From: a virus
Taxonomy: Duplodnaviria > Caudoviricetes
Length of the DNA stretch: 24,866 nucleotides
Virus record (IMG/VR): IMGVR_UViG_3300005912_000050
Span: 1 to 24,866 of that record
Strand: one strand, 5' to 3'
Part shown: piece after piece, positions 8,689 through 17,849 of the stretch
How the letters are laid out: every line of letters starts with the position of its first letter
How positions within the stretch are numbered: position 1 is the stretch's first letter
Program-made: the position numbers and the translations under genes
Notes under the pieces: model-generated
Told to the model about the DNA's origin: nothing
Database searches by the model: none
What the model saw: the letters and a program-made list of their open reading frames with translations, nothing else

Positions 8689-9110
8689 CGGCACCAACAT
8701 GGGGCAACCTGCGGCAAGCGCTATACACGCGGCTTGATGCGCAGCTAACGGCTGATGTGTGGTCGCCAAAAGCCCCGCAAAATTCAGAGGGCGAAATCAA
8801 CACGCCGTTTCCTTATGTCGTGATTGTTCAGGCTACGGAATCGCCGTTCAACACGTCCGGCACGCGCGGTTCGCAATTCGTGGTGCAGATTGACGGATAC
8901 GCGAGATCCACAGCGGGCCAATCCAGCGAACAGGCTATTGCGGCGCTATCATCGCAAGTTCGGGACGCGCTGGAGTGGTACGGCCTGACCGGAACGGGCA
9001 TCGTGTGGGTGGACACGGAGTTTGAAACTATGTCACTTGGCTGGTCTGATGATGGAAACACGCGGCGTTTTGTTTCGCTATACCGCGTGACCCTTGACGA
9101 AGTAGCATAG
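8685..9110 (+). CDS. Tail terminator/completion protein (DUF3168-like)
   Basis: LRQALYTRL, PFPYVVI, VQIDGYAR; ATGA overlap; directly upstream of the tail tube gene. Confidence 0.8.
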   Translation: MTAPTWGNLRQALYTRLDAQLTADVWSPKAPQNSEGEINTPFPYVVIVQATESPFNTSGTRGSQFVVQIDGYARSTAGQSSEQAIAALSSQVRDALEWYGLTGTGIVWVDTEFETMSLGWSDDGNTRRFVSLYRVTLDEVA

Positions 9111-9113
9111 CAC

Positions 9114-9150
9114 TTTGCAACTTTGCAAAACCGTGATATGAGTTTGCAAA
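9114..9150 (+). promoter_or_regulatory. Putative late promoter/operator element, copy 2
   Basis: TTTGCAACTTTGCAAAACCGTGATATGAGTTTGCAAA; TTGCAA-N16-TATGAG with a TGn extension; 31/37 identical to 4230-4266. Confidence 0.75.
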
Positions 9151-9175
9151 GCTTAACCCTAAAAGGATCTAACCC

Positions 9176-9565
9176 ATGCCAGCTTCAAACGGTCGCGCTG
9201 TACTCATTGCAATCGGGGCGACAAGCCTTGCAGACGAGTTGCGCACAAAAACGGTATCTTTCGCGGGCGAATTGGTAGACGTAACGGCTGATGGTGACAG
9301 CGGGTGGATGACCACGCTGGACGCCACTTTCAACAGCCAGATGGTTACGATTGCGCTCGACGGTGTTTTGAAGGCCACCACGCTTTCCGACATGGCGTTC
9401 ACAGGAACGCAGGAAACAATGACAATCACCATTGGCGGGCTGTTCACCCTGGATGGTGACTTCCAATTCCAGTCAGGCTTTCAAATCGGCGCGCCATACA
9501 ACGGCGAGACAACATTTTCCGGCACGCTGCAATCTGTCGGCGTCATTACTAAGGCGCCCGTGTAA
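9176..9565 (+). CDS. Major tail tube protein
   Basis: NGRAVLI, ELVDVTADGDSGW, APYNGETTFSGTLQSVG are typical of TP901-1-like tail tube proteins; AAGGA RBS. Confidence 0.88.
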   Translation: MPASNGRAVLIAIGATSLADELRTKTVSFAGELVDVTADGDSGWMTTLDATFNSQMVTIALDGVLKATTLSDMAFTGTQETMTITIGGLFTLDGDFQFQSGFQIGAPYNGETTFSGTLQSVGVITKAPV

Positions 9566-9943
9566 ATGAGCATTTTTAGGGAACAGTCATTTGAGTATCA
9601 GGGGGCAATCATTACGTTTGTTCCCTCGGTGGCATTGCTAAAACGTATCATGCGCCATGGGATTAATAACGTGGCGCTGGCAAACAAATGCGTACACGGC
9701 GGCGTTGATCTTGAGGACTTGGCAACGGCGCATTGTGAAATAGTCCGCGCATCTGGTGGGCAATGCACTGAGGAGGACAGCTACGGCTTTTTGTCTGGTG
9801 GCGATATAGCAGAAATACTCAGCTTTCAAAAGGCTTATATTTCATCCGTGCTGCCGAGTGTGGACTTTGGAAAAAAGCCAGAGGGCCAAAAGGCGCTGCC
9901 CTCGAACAAGAAGCGCAAGGCGAACCGGAAGACCACGACCTGA
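9566..9943 (+). CDS. Tail assembly chaperone (lambda gpG analogue)
   Basis: Lies between tail tube and tape measure; contains the slippery GGA-AAA-AAG (GKK) near its 3' end. Confidence 0.8.
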   Translation: MSIFREQSFEYQGAIITFVPSVALLKRIMRHGINNVALANKCVHGGVDLEDLATAHCEIVRASGGQCTEEDSYGFLSGGDIAEILSFQKAYISSVLPSVDFGKKPEGQKALPSNKKRKANRKTTT

Positions 9944-10170
9944 ATACGCTTTACTGCATCTGCCGTGGGTGGGATATATCGCCGGGTGATATATGGGGGA
10001 TGACCATTTCAGAAATCTTGCACGAGTTTGAGTGGAAGCGCCCGCACCAAAAAACAGACTACGCGGGCGGAATGAGCGAACACGAACTGGACGCGATAAA
10101 GGCAGACAGCGCAGCCCTACGCGCCGAGATGGAAGCAAAAAAGCATGGCACTGCCCCCACTCCTAGTTAA
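9566..10170 (+). CDS. Tail assembly chaperone, -1 frameshifted long form (gpGT analogue, ~201 aa)
   Basis: A AAA AAG at 9871-9877. The -1 frame is open to TAA 10168-10170 and reads ...ARGPKGAALEQEAQGEPEDHDLNTLYCICRGWDISPGDIWGMTISEILHEFEW..., with the WxMTxxE motif typical of gpT-type regions. Confidence 0.8.
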
Positions 10171-12325
10171 GATCAACGGCGATTCTAGCGGGCTAGATAG
10201 CGCGCTGGGCAAAGCGGGCGCTGGCCTTAAAAAGCTAGGCGTTGCTGCGGGGGTGGCGGCTGTTGCTGTTGTTGGCGGACTGGCAGCAATGACCGCTGCA
10301 GGCCTGCGCAACGTAGACACCAACGTAAAGCTTGCGCGGTCGATGGACGGCACCGTAAACGCGCTTACTGCTGTTCAGATCGCGGCTGGCTATGCTGGTG
10401 TATCTGTAGGCGAGGCTAACACCTCAATGCAGACGCTTAACCGCGAGCTGGCCAGCGCGAATGAGGCGGGTTCACCAGCGGCTAAGGCGCTTGAAAAGCT
10501 GGGCATGTCTGCGGCGGCTCTAAGCGCGCTTGATACAGACGACCGGATGGCGGCAATCGCTGACCGCGTTAAGGAGTTGGGGCTGTCTTCGTCACAAGCG
10601 TCCGACATCCTGCGGGACCTTGGCGTGCGGTCGCGGAACATGGCGCTCCTGATGATCCAAGGCGGGGACGCTATTCGCTCTGCGCGCGAGGAGGTCACGG
10701 CGTTCGGGCTTGAATTAACCGATGCGCAAACGGCGGGCATTGAAAGCGCAAACGACGCAATCGCGCGCATGTCATTGGTTTTTCAGGGCCTGTCGCAAAT
10801 GCTAGCGGCGGAGGTTGCGCCCGTGCTTCAGGTGATGGCAGACCGGTTCAACGCTATTGCTAGGTCAGAGGCTACGCAGGAGGCGATTCAGCGCGTTGTC
10901 GCCGCGTTCGGCCAGCTTGCAGAGGTCATATTGTCAGAGGACTTTATGGGCGCTGCGGCGTCTGGCCTTTCCATGATTGCGGGCGCTGCGGCTGGGTTGG
11001 CGGAAGGCATGGTTTTTCTTTCGCAGAACGTTGAGGCCGTGACCATTGTGACGGGTGGACTTGCTATCGCGATGGCAGCTTTGGGTGGGCCAATCACCAT
11101 TGTTGCAGCACTTTTGGGCGTGGCGCTAATTGCGCTATCGAAGTGGCGCGGGGCGGCGGATGATTCCTCGGTTGGAACCTACAATGCAGCAGCAGGGACA
11201 ACGGCACTTAATGCGGCTCTTGGAGTGTTCTACACAACAGCAGCGCCATCTGCGGGCAAAGCTGCCATTGATCTCGCCAAAGACAATCATAAGCTCGCTG
11301 CATCCGCATATGAAGCGGCCAAGGCTGAAATTGCCAAGGCAAAGGCACAAGTGGCGACCGTCCGGTCTAACGTTGAGGGCATGGGCGGGATGTTGACGAT
11401 GGAGGCCGAAGCGCGGCTATCCGCAATCGAAGCATCTAAAATGCGAGATATGATCCAAGCTGAAAAAGCACTGGAACAAGCCATACGTGACCGTAAGGTA
11501 GCGGCCAACGCGGTAACTGGCTCTGACTTCTCAACGGTTACAAACCCACTGCCAGAAACGATAACTATTGATGGTCTACCAACGGTAGTCACAGGCGGCG
11601 GCGGCGTAGGCAGCGCAGGCGCGGTCACAAACGATATGCAGGCGCGCCTCAAAGCATTGACGCAGGGCATGATGACCGAAGCCGAGACTGTGCAGGAATG
11701 GTATGAGGCGGGCGATGAAACATTGCGGGAGGCTCTTGACGCGGAGTTGATTACGCGCGCGGAATATGACGAACAAAAGCTACGCCTTGAGGCCGAGCAT
11801 CTAGAGAAAATTGCAGAGTTGCAAGGTGACGCCAGCAAGGTCGAAATCGAAATGCGAAAAAACACAATTGGGTCAGTATTGGGTTTAATGCAGATGTTCG
11901 GGCAAAAAAATAAAATACTAGCAAAGGCTGCGGTAGCTGTAAACGCAGCCCAGCGGGTTGCGGAAATACAAGCCAATACTGCCGCAGCATCGGTCAGGGC
12001 GCTTGCTGAACTTGGTCCAATCGCAGGGCCTCCAGCGGCGGCACGTATAGCAGCATATGGCGCAATCCAAACCGGGATTGCCATCGCATCGGCAGCAATG
12101 AACATGAGTAGCCCAAGCGGTTCCAGCAGCGGCGGCGGCGGGGGGAGTGCGGGCGGCGCACCGGCAGCCCCACCACAAGCCCCGCTAGAAGTGCGGATAA
12201 CGGGCTTTGGCCCCAAGGACCTGTTTAACGGCAGCATGATCACAAGCCTGTTTGACAAGCTGCAAGACGAAGCCGGGGATCGTGGCCTTAGAGACCGTGG
12301 CCTTAGAGTGAGTTTTGCAACATGA
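10145..12325 (+). CDS. Tail tape measure protein
   Basis: 726 aa, Ala/Gly-rich and helical; N-terminal LLVKINGDSSGL; follows the chaperone genes. Confidence 0.93.
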   Translation: MALPPLLVKINGDSSGLDSALGKAGAGLKKLGVAAGVAAVAVVGGLAAMTAAGLRNVDTNVKLARSMDGTVNALTAVQIAAGYAGVSVGEANTSMQTLNRELASANEAGSPAAKALEKLGMSAAALSALDTDDRMAAIADRVKELGLSSSQASDILRDLGVRSRNMALLMIQGGDAIRSAREEVTAFGLELTDAQTAGIESANDAIARMSLVFQGLSQMLAAEVAPVLQVMADRFNAIARSEATQEAIQRVVAAFGQLAEVILSEDFMGAAASGLSMIAGAAAGLAEGMVFLSQNVEAVTIVTGGLAIAMAALGGPITIVAALLGVALIALSKWRGAADDSSVGTYNAAAGTTALNAALGVFYTTAAPSAGKAAIDLAKDNHKLAASAYEAAKAEIAKAKAQVATVRSNVEGMGGMLTMEAEARLSAIEASKMRDMIQAEKALEQAIRDRKVAANAVTGSDFSTVTNPLPETITIDGLPTVVTGGGGVGSAGAVTNDMQARLKALTQGMMTEAETVQEWYEAGDETLREALDAELITRAEYDEQKLRLEAEHLEKIAELQGDASKVEIEMRKNTIGSVLGLMQMFGQKNKILAKAAVAVNAAQRVAEIQANTAAASVRALAELGPIAGPPAAARIAAYGAIQTGIAIASAAMNMSSPSGSSSGGGGGSAGGAPAAPPQAPLEVRITGFGPKDLFNGSMITSLFDKLQDEAGDRGLRDRGLRVSFAT

Positions 12326-13149
12326 GCATTTATATCAGCCCCGGCTTGGCATCGGCACTATCCACAGCAGGAACGTCAAACAATCCCGTTATAGCGTGGG
12401 ATAATCTGGCGTCTGGTACATCCCCGACAGGTATCGGAACGGCGGTTCAGTCGCGGGCGTTTGCAGTCACCGGCACGACGTATGATCGGGCGGTAATTGC
12501 TCCAGCATCCAGCCAAGTAACGATAGAAATAGACTTGGGCAGCAATACATCCATCTCTTTTGCCTCGGTCGCCGCGCACAATGCGGGCGATGTAGCGGGC
12601 GCGTTTCGCATCCAGTACAAGGTTTTGGCAGGCGACGCATGGAGCGATAGCGGATCTGGGGTGGCAATTCCGGCGGACAATCAGGCGGTGGCGTTTTATT
12701 TTACTGCGGTGTCGGCGCGGTTTTGGCGGATATACGCCACAAGCGTTACTGCCAACCTTGAAATCGGCGTGTTCTTTCTGGGCAATCCCGTCACGTTGCC
12801 TCGCACAATATATCAGGGCTATGCGCCACCAATTACGGCGAACGTGGTTGATCTGCAATCGCGGGTGTCTGAGGGCGGGAACCTGCTTGGGTCTTCTGTG
12901 GTGCGCAAGGGATCGACTGCGGCGGCGTCCCTGACGCTGGTGGAGGATAGCTATCTGCGCGCGGATGCTTGGAAGGCGTTTCAGCGTCACTTCAATACGG
13001 GCGGCGGGTTCTTCTGGGCATGGCGCCCAACGAAATACGGCGATCTATTTTATGCTTGGCGGTCGGGCGGCGTAATTGCCCCAAGCAACACCGGACCCAA
13101 AGCGCGAATGGCGTTTGATATGGCTATGAGGTTTTACGATGACGCTTAG
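12322..13149 (+). CDS. Distal tail (Dit-like) tip protein with a probable beta-sandwich insertion
   Basis: First gene after the TMP (ATGA overlap); IEIDLG...AAHN...ARFWRI resembles discoidin/galactose-binding folds; FFWAWRP near the C-terminus. Confidence 0.6.
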   Translation: MSIYISPGLASALSTAGTSNNPVIAWDNLASGTSPTGIGTAVQSRAFAVTGTTYDRAVIAPASSQVTIEIDLGSNTSISFASVAAHNAGDVAGAFRIQYKVLAGDAWSDSGSGVAIPADNQAVAFYFTAVSARFWRIYATSVTANLEIGVFFLGNPVTLPRTIYQGYAPPITANVVDLQSRVSEGGNLLGSSVVRKGSTAAASLTLVEDSYLRADAWKAFQRHFNTGGGFFWAWRPTKYGDLFYAWRSGGVIAPSNTGPKARMAFDMAMRFYDDA

Positions 13150-14917
13150 TCTTGAGCCGCTGCAAATTGTAGAGATCGACATTGATTATTGTGATCTGGT
13201 CTATGGCGCAGGCGCTTGCACCGCTGTTCTCGGAACTGACGGCGCGGCGAAGTGCTTTAACACCTTCAAGACGTGCCAAGACAAGCCGAATTTTGCCAAG
13301 GGGACAAAGACAATCCGTTTTGCAATGAACCAAAGCGGCATACCCGGCGGCGTGCTGGTTTACCCTGCTATGTCGGGGCCGGTTACTACCAATCCTGCGA
13401 CAATCAATCTTGGCGGGTCTGACAGCCGCACGGGCGCGTTAGGCAAGCGGGCGCGGGTCACGATTAACCTGCAGGACTTCCTAGAAAGCGACCTGCTGCT
13501 TGATAAGTACCAGTCGCAACGACAGAGCGGCGCAGCACTGGCCAGCGGCGTAGGGTATGACCCATACGGGCGCGGCACGTTCTTTGGACGTTTGCGGGCG
13601 CGGTTTCCCTACTATGTGGGCAGGGCGCTGCGAGTAAAGGAGGGCTATGTTGGGCAGGCATTGGCCAGCATGGTTACGCGAAACTATATCATAGATGAAT
13701 GGGACGGGCCGGACATTAACGGGCGCGTCACAATCATTGCCAAGGACGTGCTGGACCTTGCTGACAATAAAAAGGCGCTTGTGCCAGCCCCAAGCCAAGG
13801 GAAGCTAGGCGCGGACATCTCGGATTCGTATCTGGGCACGGTAACGCTCACCCCGCCTACCGTTGGTGATGATTACGCGGCAAGCAGCAAGGCGTCGATC
13901 GGCAGCGAGGTGGTCACGTTCACGCGGGCGGGTGATATTATCACGATCACGGGGCGCGGGCTGAACGGGTCCGACGCTGCCAGTCATTCTGAGGGTGATT
14001 TATTCCAGCAGTGCTATGTTGTGGAGGGCCAGACGATCCCAGCAATAGCGGAGGATGTACTTGTAAACTTTTGCAAGGCTGACCCATCTTTTCCGGACAC
14101 GCCAAATTGGGACGCGGAGGCAAGCAGGTGGCTTCAGGGATTTTTACTTAACGCTGTAATCACAAAGCCCACTGGCGCGCTGGACATTATCACAGAACTA
14201 TGCCATTTTGGCGTGGTGTTTTGGTGGGATGATGTGGCGCAGCTTATCCGCATGCGCGCAAACCGCCCTGCTGACTTTGACGAAACAATACCCGACATTA
14301 CGGACCGCGCGTCTATTATCGAGGGCAGCTTAGGCAGCAAGGATCTGACTGATGCTCGTATTAGCCGCGTCTTATTTTGGCACGGCCAGATTGACGTTAC
14401 CGGGTCGCCAACCGGCGGCGCTAACTTCCGCCGCGTCTTTGTCCCGCTGGACGCGAGCAGCGAGGGGCCGAACGAATACAACCAAGTTTCGGCCTTTGAG
14501 GTGTTTAGCCGGTGGCTTGGCGCGGGCGATGACAGCGTGGCGGGCGCAGTGGCCTCACGTCTGCAAAACAGATACCGCGACATTCCGAAAGAAATTCAGT
14601 TTGATGTAGACGTGAAGGACCGCGACTTAGTGAAGTTGGCGGCGCTTATTCGGCTCGACACCCGCGCGCTCCAATCGGAGGACGGATCAAGCCTGCCCAC
14701 GGTTATGCAAATCACGGCGGTTGATGAAGTCAATTCGGGGTCTAATCTGCGGATCAGCGCGCGCACTTTTGAGTTTCCGGGCCGATATGGCTTTATCGCT
14801 GAAGACGCGCGCCCAAATTATGATGCATCCAGCGCGGCGCAGAAAGCTAAAGGCACTTACTTCGTGGGGGGTTCTGGTGTATTCTCCGACGGAAGCGGCC
14901 CCTATATAATGTTTTAA
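13139..14917 (+). CDS. Tail tip/baseplate hub-like protein
   Basis: 592 aa; N-terminal Cys cluster (YC..C..CFNTFKTC); position after the Dit-like gene. Confidence 0.65.
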   Translation: MTLSLEPLQIVEIDIDYCDLVYGAGACTAVLGTDGAAKCFNTFKTCQDKPNFAKGTKTIRFAMNQSGIPGGVLVYPAMSGPVTTNPATINLGGSDSRTGALGKRARVTINLQDFLESDLLLDKYQSQRQSGAALASGVGYDPYGRGTFFGRLRARFPYYVGRALRVKEGYVGQALASMVTRNYIIDEWDGPDINGRVTIIAKDVLDLADNKKALVPAPSQGKLGADISDSYLGTVTLTPPTVGDDYAASSKASIGSEVVTFTRAGDIITITGRGLNGSDAASHSEGDLFQQCYVVEGQTIPAIAEDVLVNFCKADPSFPDTPNWDAEASRWLQGFLLNAVITKPTGALDIITELCHFGVVFWWDDVAQLIRMRANRPADFDETIPDITDRASIIEGSLGSKDLTDARISRVLFWHGQIDVTGSPTGGANFRRVFVPLDASSEGPNEYNQVSAFEVFSRWLGAGDDSVAGAVASRLQNRYRDIPKEIQFDVDVKDRDLVKLAALIRLDTRALQSEDGSSLPTVMQITAVDEVNSGSNLRISARTFEFPGRYGFIAEDARPNYDASSAAQKAKGTYFVGGSGVFSDGSGPYIMF

Positions 14918-14926
14918 GGCGGACAA

Positions 14927-15427
14927 ATGGCAACCTATAGAACGATCGCCGCAAGTGAAGTGGACGCAGATAGCCCCGCAACGGCTACGCTTGCTGCGGC
15001 ATTAGCTGCAAATCCGGTTGCGATTGCCGAAGGCGCAACAGGTGCGCCTCGTATTCAGGTAGGGGCGTTTTCGGGGTCTGTTGCTGGAGATGTTTTGCTT
15101 TGGGCGTCTGAGTCTGCCAGTGTTAACACTGATGAAGCTGTCACCGTCCCGCAATCACATTACAGGGCCGTTGCCTTTGGGGTGGTTCGGTTTAGGGCGG
15201 TTGTGGCGTCACAGCTAGGTACAGCACGGGCATCTTTTGTGAGGGTGCGTTTGGGCGGAAGCCCTGTAGCCCTGAATAGCGTGTCTGCCACGACAACAAT
15301 TGATGTTACTGTTTTGACCGGCGATGTGATATACCTTAGCCTAGAAGGCGGGTCCGGAGCGTCGCCGGAAATAACGGCGCACGCAGAGGCTTACACCAGC
15401 GCATTGCGCATAAATGGGGGCGGGTGA
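14927..15427 (+). CDS. Putative minor tail protein
   Basis: AAGGCGG RBS; DADSP...NPVAIAEGATGAPRI N-terminus followed by a beta-rich C-terminus; tail-tip context. Confidence 0.6.
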   Translation: MATYRTIAASEVDADSPATATLAAALAANPVAIAEGATGAPRIQVGAFSGSVAGDVLLWASESASVNTDEAVTVPQSHYRAVAFGVVRFRAVVASQLGTARASFVRVRLGGSPVALNSVSATTTIDVTVLTGDVIYLSLEGGSGASPEITAHAEAYTSALRINGGG

Positions 15428-15828
15428 TGTTTAGAAGTGTAGAGTATATATCCGCCGAACAAGACGCAATCTTGGCAACCCGCAATGATGGGTCTGGAGT
15501 TATCGTGGAGCCGGGGCACGATCTATGGGGCGATCTATCACCAACCGCGACTGCACACGTGGCGCCGTCTGCGCAAGATGCGTTAGCCAATGCCCGCGCG
15601 GCCATGCAGTGCAGCCCTGCCCAAATGCGGCTGGCACTTTTGGCGGCGGGCGTGCTGGATCAGGTGCAGGCGATTGCGGACGGCGATCCGCAGGCGTCAA
15701 TCGTTTGGGAATATGCGACAGTAATCACGCGCAATAACCCGTTAATTGCCTCGCTTGGCGGGGATAACGGGTTTACGCCAGAGCAGATTGATGCGCTTTT
15801 TATCGCCGCCATGCAGGTGAGAACATGA
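15427..15828 (+). CDS. Hypothetical protein, tail-fibre-associated/chaperone-like
   Basis: TGATG overlap; SPAQMRLALL...WEYAT...R.NPLI...FTPEQIDALFIAA pattern of proteins that follow tail fibres. The start may be GTG 15424. Confidence 0.65.
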   Translation: MFRSVEYISAEQDAILATRNDGSGVIVEPGHDLWGDLSPTATAHVAPSAQDALANARAAMQCSPAQMRLALLAAGVLDQVQAIADGDPQASIVWEYATVITRNNPLIASLGGDNGFTPEQIDALFIAAMQVRT

Positions 15829-16187
15829 GCGATAGAGAAGAACAGCTAAAGCGAGACATTCGGGACCTGCAAGCCAAGCTTGCGCAGGCAATTCGTCCGC
15901 GTGATAAGATCGTAGAGGTTCCCGTAGAGGTCATTCGCTACGTTAATAAGATCGTGGAGGTTCCCGTAGAGGCAATTCGCTACGTTGATAAGATCGTAAA
16001 GGTTCCCGTAGAGGCCATTCGCTACGTTGACAAGATCGTAGAGGTTGAACGGGTCAAAGAGGTTAATTTCATGGTAGAGGTTATTCAGACCAACACGGTT
16101 GACCGCCCCTGCAAAATTCAGGCTGCAAGAATTGCAGAGCTTGAATCTCAACTATCAATCATGGAGCGAGAATGCCAAGCCCTGTAA
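15825..16187 (+). CDS. Coiled-coil protein with DKIVEVPVEAIRYV repeats
   Basis: ATGA overlap; heptad-like termini flank ~3.4 copies of a 14-aa Val/Pro/charged repeat. Confidence 0.7.
   Translation: MSDREEQLKRDIRDLQAKLAQAIRPRDKIVEVPVEVIRYVNKIVEVPVEAIRYVDKIVKVPVEAIRYVDKIVEVERVKEVNFMVEVIQTNTVDRPCKIQAARIAELESQLSIMERECQAL
15903..16046 (+). repeat. 42-bp in-frame tandem repeat, ~3.4 copies
   Basis: Units at 15903, 15945, 15987 and a partial one at 16029; consensus GATAAGATCGTAGAGGTTCCCGTAGAGGCNATTCGCTACGTT. Confidence 0.95.
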
Positions 16188-16651
16188 TCTCTAACCAAAT
16201 GGTGATATCTGACGCTTTGCGCGGCCTAGTGTATTGCCTAACGTTTAAACGCAACGACGAGCGGGCAATCCGCGCCAAATTTAGAATGGAGTGCGGTCCC
16301 ATGGCCAAGGTTGAAACGGGTCAAGTTGATTGGCCGCGAAAAAATGACGGAAGAATTGTCATTAATTTTGTAAACGTTGAAGGCCGCCCCATTGATGTTT
16401 CGGGGGCAAACGAAATAACCTTTACAATTGCTGAGTCAACAAAAGGCCCGTCTCTTATCACAAAAACATTAAGCTCCGGTCAGATCACACTGGCCACTAA
16501 CAGCCAAGGGTTCACTTTGATAACCGACACAGAAACAAACTTGACTCCAAAAAAATACTATTACGAGTGCCGGATAACCAACGCCGATGCACAATTTCAA
16601 ACTGTTGCTGCAGGCGCGTTTGTTATTCAAGACACACTTATTGGGGTTTAA
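16172..16651 (+). CDS. BppU N-terminal-like Ig-fold protein (putative fibre attachment)
   Basis: PIDVSGA..ITFTI...YYYECRIT...GAFVI pattern. Two GGAG-preceded starts (16172 and 16301); the recognisable domain begins after 16301. Confidence 0.6.
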   Translation: MPSPVISNQMVISDALRGLVYCLTFKRNDERAIRAKFRMECGPMAKVETGQVDWPRKNDGRIVINFVNVEGRPIDVSGANEITFTIAESTKGPSLITKTLSSGQITLATNSQGFTLITDTETNLTPKKYYYECRITNADAQFQTVAAGAFVIQDTLIGV

Positions 16652-16903
16652 GCTATGCCACTTGGTTCATTTAACGCTACAATCGTAAACACGGCAGGCG
16701 ACGTTGTGCCAAATGCGCAAGTCCAAGTCCGGCGCACGTCAGACAATGGCCTTGCGACTCTGTTTTCTAACGCGGCTGGGACTGCAATGGCCAACCCGTT
16801 TAACGCTGACGGGACTACTGCGTTTGCCCAGTTCTTTGCAGAGCGGGGGACGTATACAGTTGCAGCGTCAACGGGGTCGGGGACTGTCACTTGGACAGTA
16901 GAC
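16613..16903 (+). repeat. 291-bp imperfect direct repeat, copy 1
   Basis: Aligns without gaps (offset 1198) to 17811-18101; covers the last 12 codons and stop of the upstream gene plus the first 83 codons of RBP1. Confidence 0.93.
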
Positions 16904-17458
16904 GTTGTATCTGCGTTTGAGCCGCCACTTACTAGAGAAATTGCAAACGGATCTGCGGCGGCGCCGTCCATAGCGTTTGCGTCTGACCCAAACACGGGGT
17001 TCTACCGCATTGGCGCGGATCAACTAGGGCTGGCTGAGGGCGGTGTTGATCGCGGGCGCCTCTATGCTCGCAAAAACATTCTCGGGACGGTTAGCCAGAC
17101 GGCTGGCGTTCCGACCGGGGCGGCATTTGAAAGCGGCACTAACGCAAACGGCACGTATGTGAGGTTTGCGGACGGCACGCAGATGTGCAGATTGAGAAAT
17201 ACCTCCAACCAGTCAATCGCGAAAGACGCGACGCAAGATTTCACGTGGACCTATCCCGCTGCATTTATCAGTGCGATTGATGTCCACATTGACTTTACAG
17301 CGCAACGGGCGTCCGTGGCAAACGGGTCTATTCCGGCCTTGTCAATGGCGACCTACCGGGACTCTATGTCTACCACGCAGGCGTCTTTTGGTTTGACCAA
17401 CCTTAATAGCGTTAGCTCTTTTCTTTACACAGTGACCGCGCGCGGGCGGTGGTTCTAA
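16655..17458 (+). CDS. Tail fibre/receptor-binding protein 1
   Basis: Shared N-terminal anchor; GSAAAPSIAFASDPNTGFY fibre motif; C-terminal NANGTYVRFADGTQMC...WTYPAAF...ARGRWF (gp53-like receptor-binding domain). Confidence 0.85.
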   Translation: MPLGSFNATIVNTAGDVVPNAQVQVRRTSDNGLATLFSNAAGTAMANPFNADGTTAFAQFFAERGTYTVAASTGSGTVTWTVDVVSAFEPPLTREIANGSAAAPSIAFASDPNTGFYRIGADQLGLAEGGVDRGRLYARKNILGTVSQTAGVPTGAAFESGTNANGTYVRFADGTQMCRLRNTSNQSIAKDATQDFTWTYPAAFISAIDVHIDFTAQRASVANGSIPALSMATYRDSMSTTQASFGLTNLNSVSSFLYTVTARGRWF

Positions 17459-17787
17459 TGGAGGCGAATATGCTGATAAGCTTTTCACCAATTCGTATCG
17501 ACCGAGCGCTGACCTTGCGGCGGGTCGGCACGGCGCTGGTCATCAACGGGGTGGCGTTTGACTTTGGCCCCCTGAAGGATGGCGACACAAGGCCCCGCGA
17601 TGCGGTGGACTGTGACATGCTGGATTCCGACGTGACGCGCGTCGACGGCGTGCTGCACCTGACGCTGCTGCTGCCCCATGGCGCGAACGCCCCGCAAGAA
17701 ACGCTATTCCCCGAGCCGCTGCTAGTGACGCAGGATGGAGATATTGCACTGCCACCCTACACGGCCCCGACAGAGCAACTGACATGA
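17458..17787 (+). CDS. Putative tail fibre partner/assembly protein
   Basis: FSPIR.D..L......LVINGVAFDF.PL.DG...P..AVDC......V.R.DG.LHLTLLLPHG pattern of proteins that follow this fibre type. The start is 17458 (TAATG overlap) or 17470 (GGAGG RBS). Confidence 0.7.
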   Translation: MEANMLISFSPIRIDRALTLRRVGTALVINGVAFDFGPLKDGDTRPRDAVDCDMLDSDVTRVDGVLHLTLLLPHGANAPQETLFPEPLLVTQDGDIALPPYTAPTEQLT

Positions 17788-17849
17788 GCAATATCAGCTC
17801 GAGCAAGGTTGGCGCGTTTGTTATTCAAGATACACTTATCGGAGTTTAA
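17784..17849 (+). CDS. 21-aa mini-ORF MSNISSSKVGAFVIQDTLIGV
   Basis: ATGA overlap with the upstream stop; its last 12 aa are identical to the C-terminus of 16172-16651; stops 3 nt before the RBP2 start. Confidence 0.45.
   Translation: MSNISSSKVGAFVIQDTLIGV

Noticed and set aside
11287-12258. 323-aa minus-strand ORF
   Set aside because: Codon-register shadow of the Ala-rich tape measure gene, with no protein-like motifs.
442-14917. Gene transfer agent (RcGTA-like) cluster
   Set aside because: The F-like head gene, non-GTA tail tip genes, linked lysis cassette and small early-type genes indicate a genuine phage.
15903-16046. Possible CRISPR array
   Set aside because: The units are contiguous with no unique spacers, are a multiple of 3 and in frame in a CDS, and no cas genes are present.
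3611-16266. 13-bp match ACGACGAGCGGGC at 3611-3623 and 16254-16266
   Set aside because: A single short match inside coding regions with no flanking similarity; compatible with chance.
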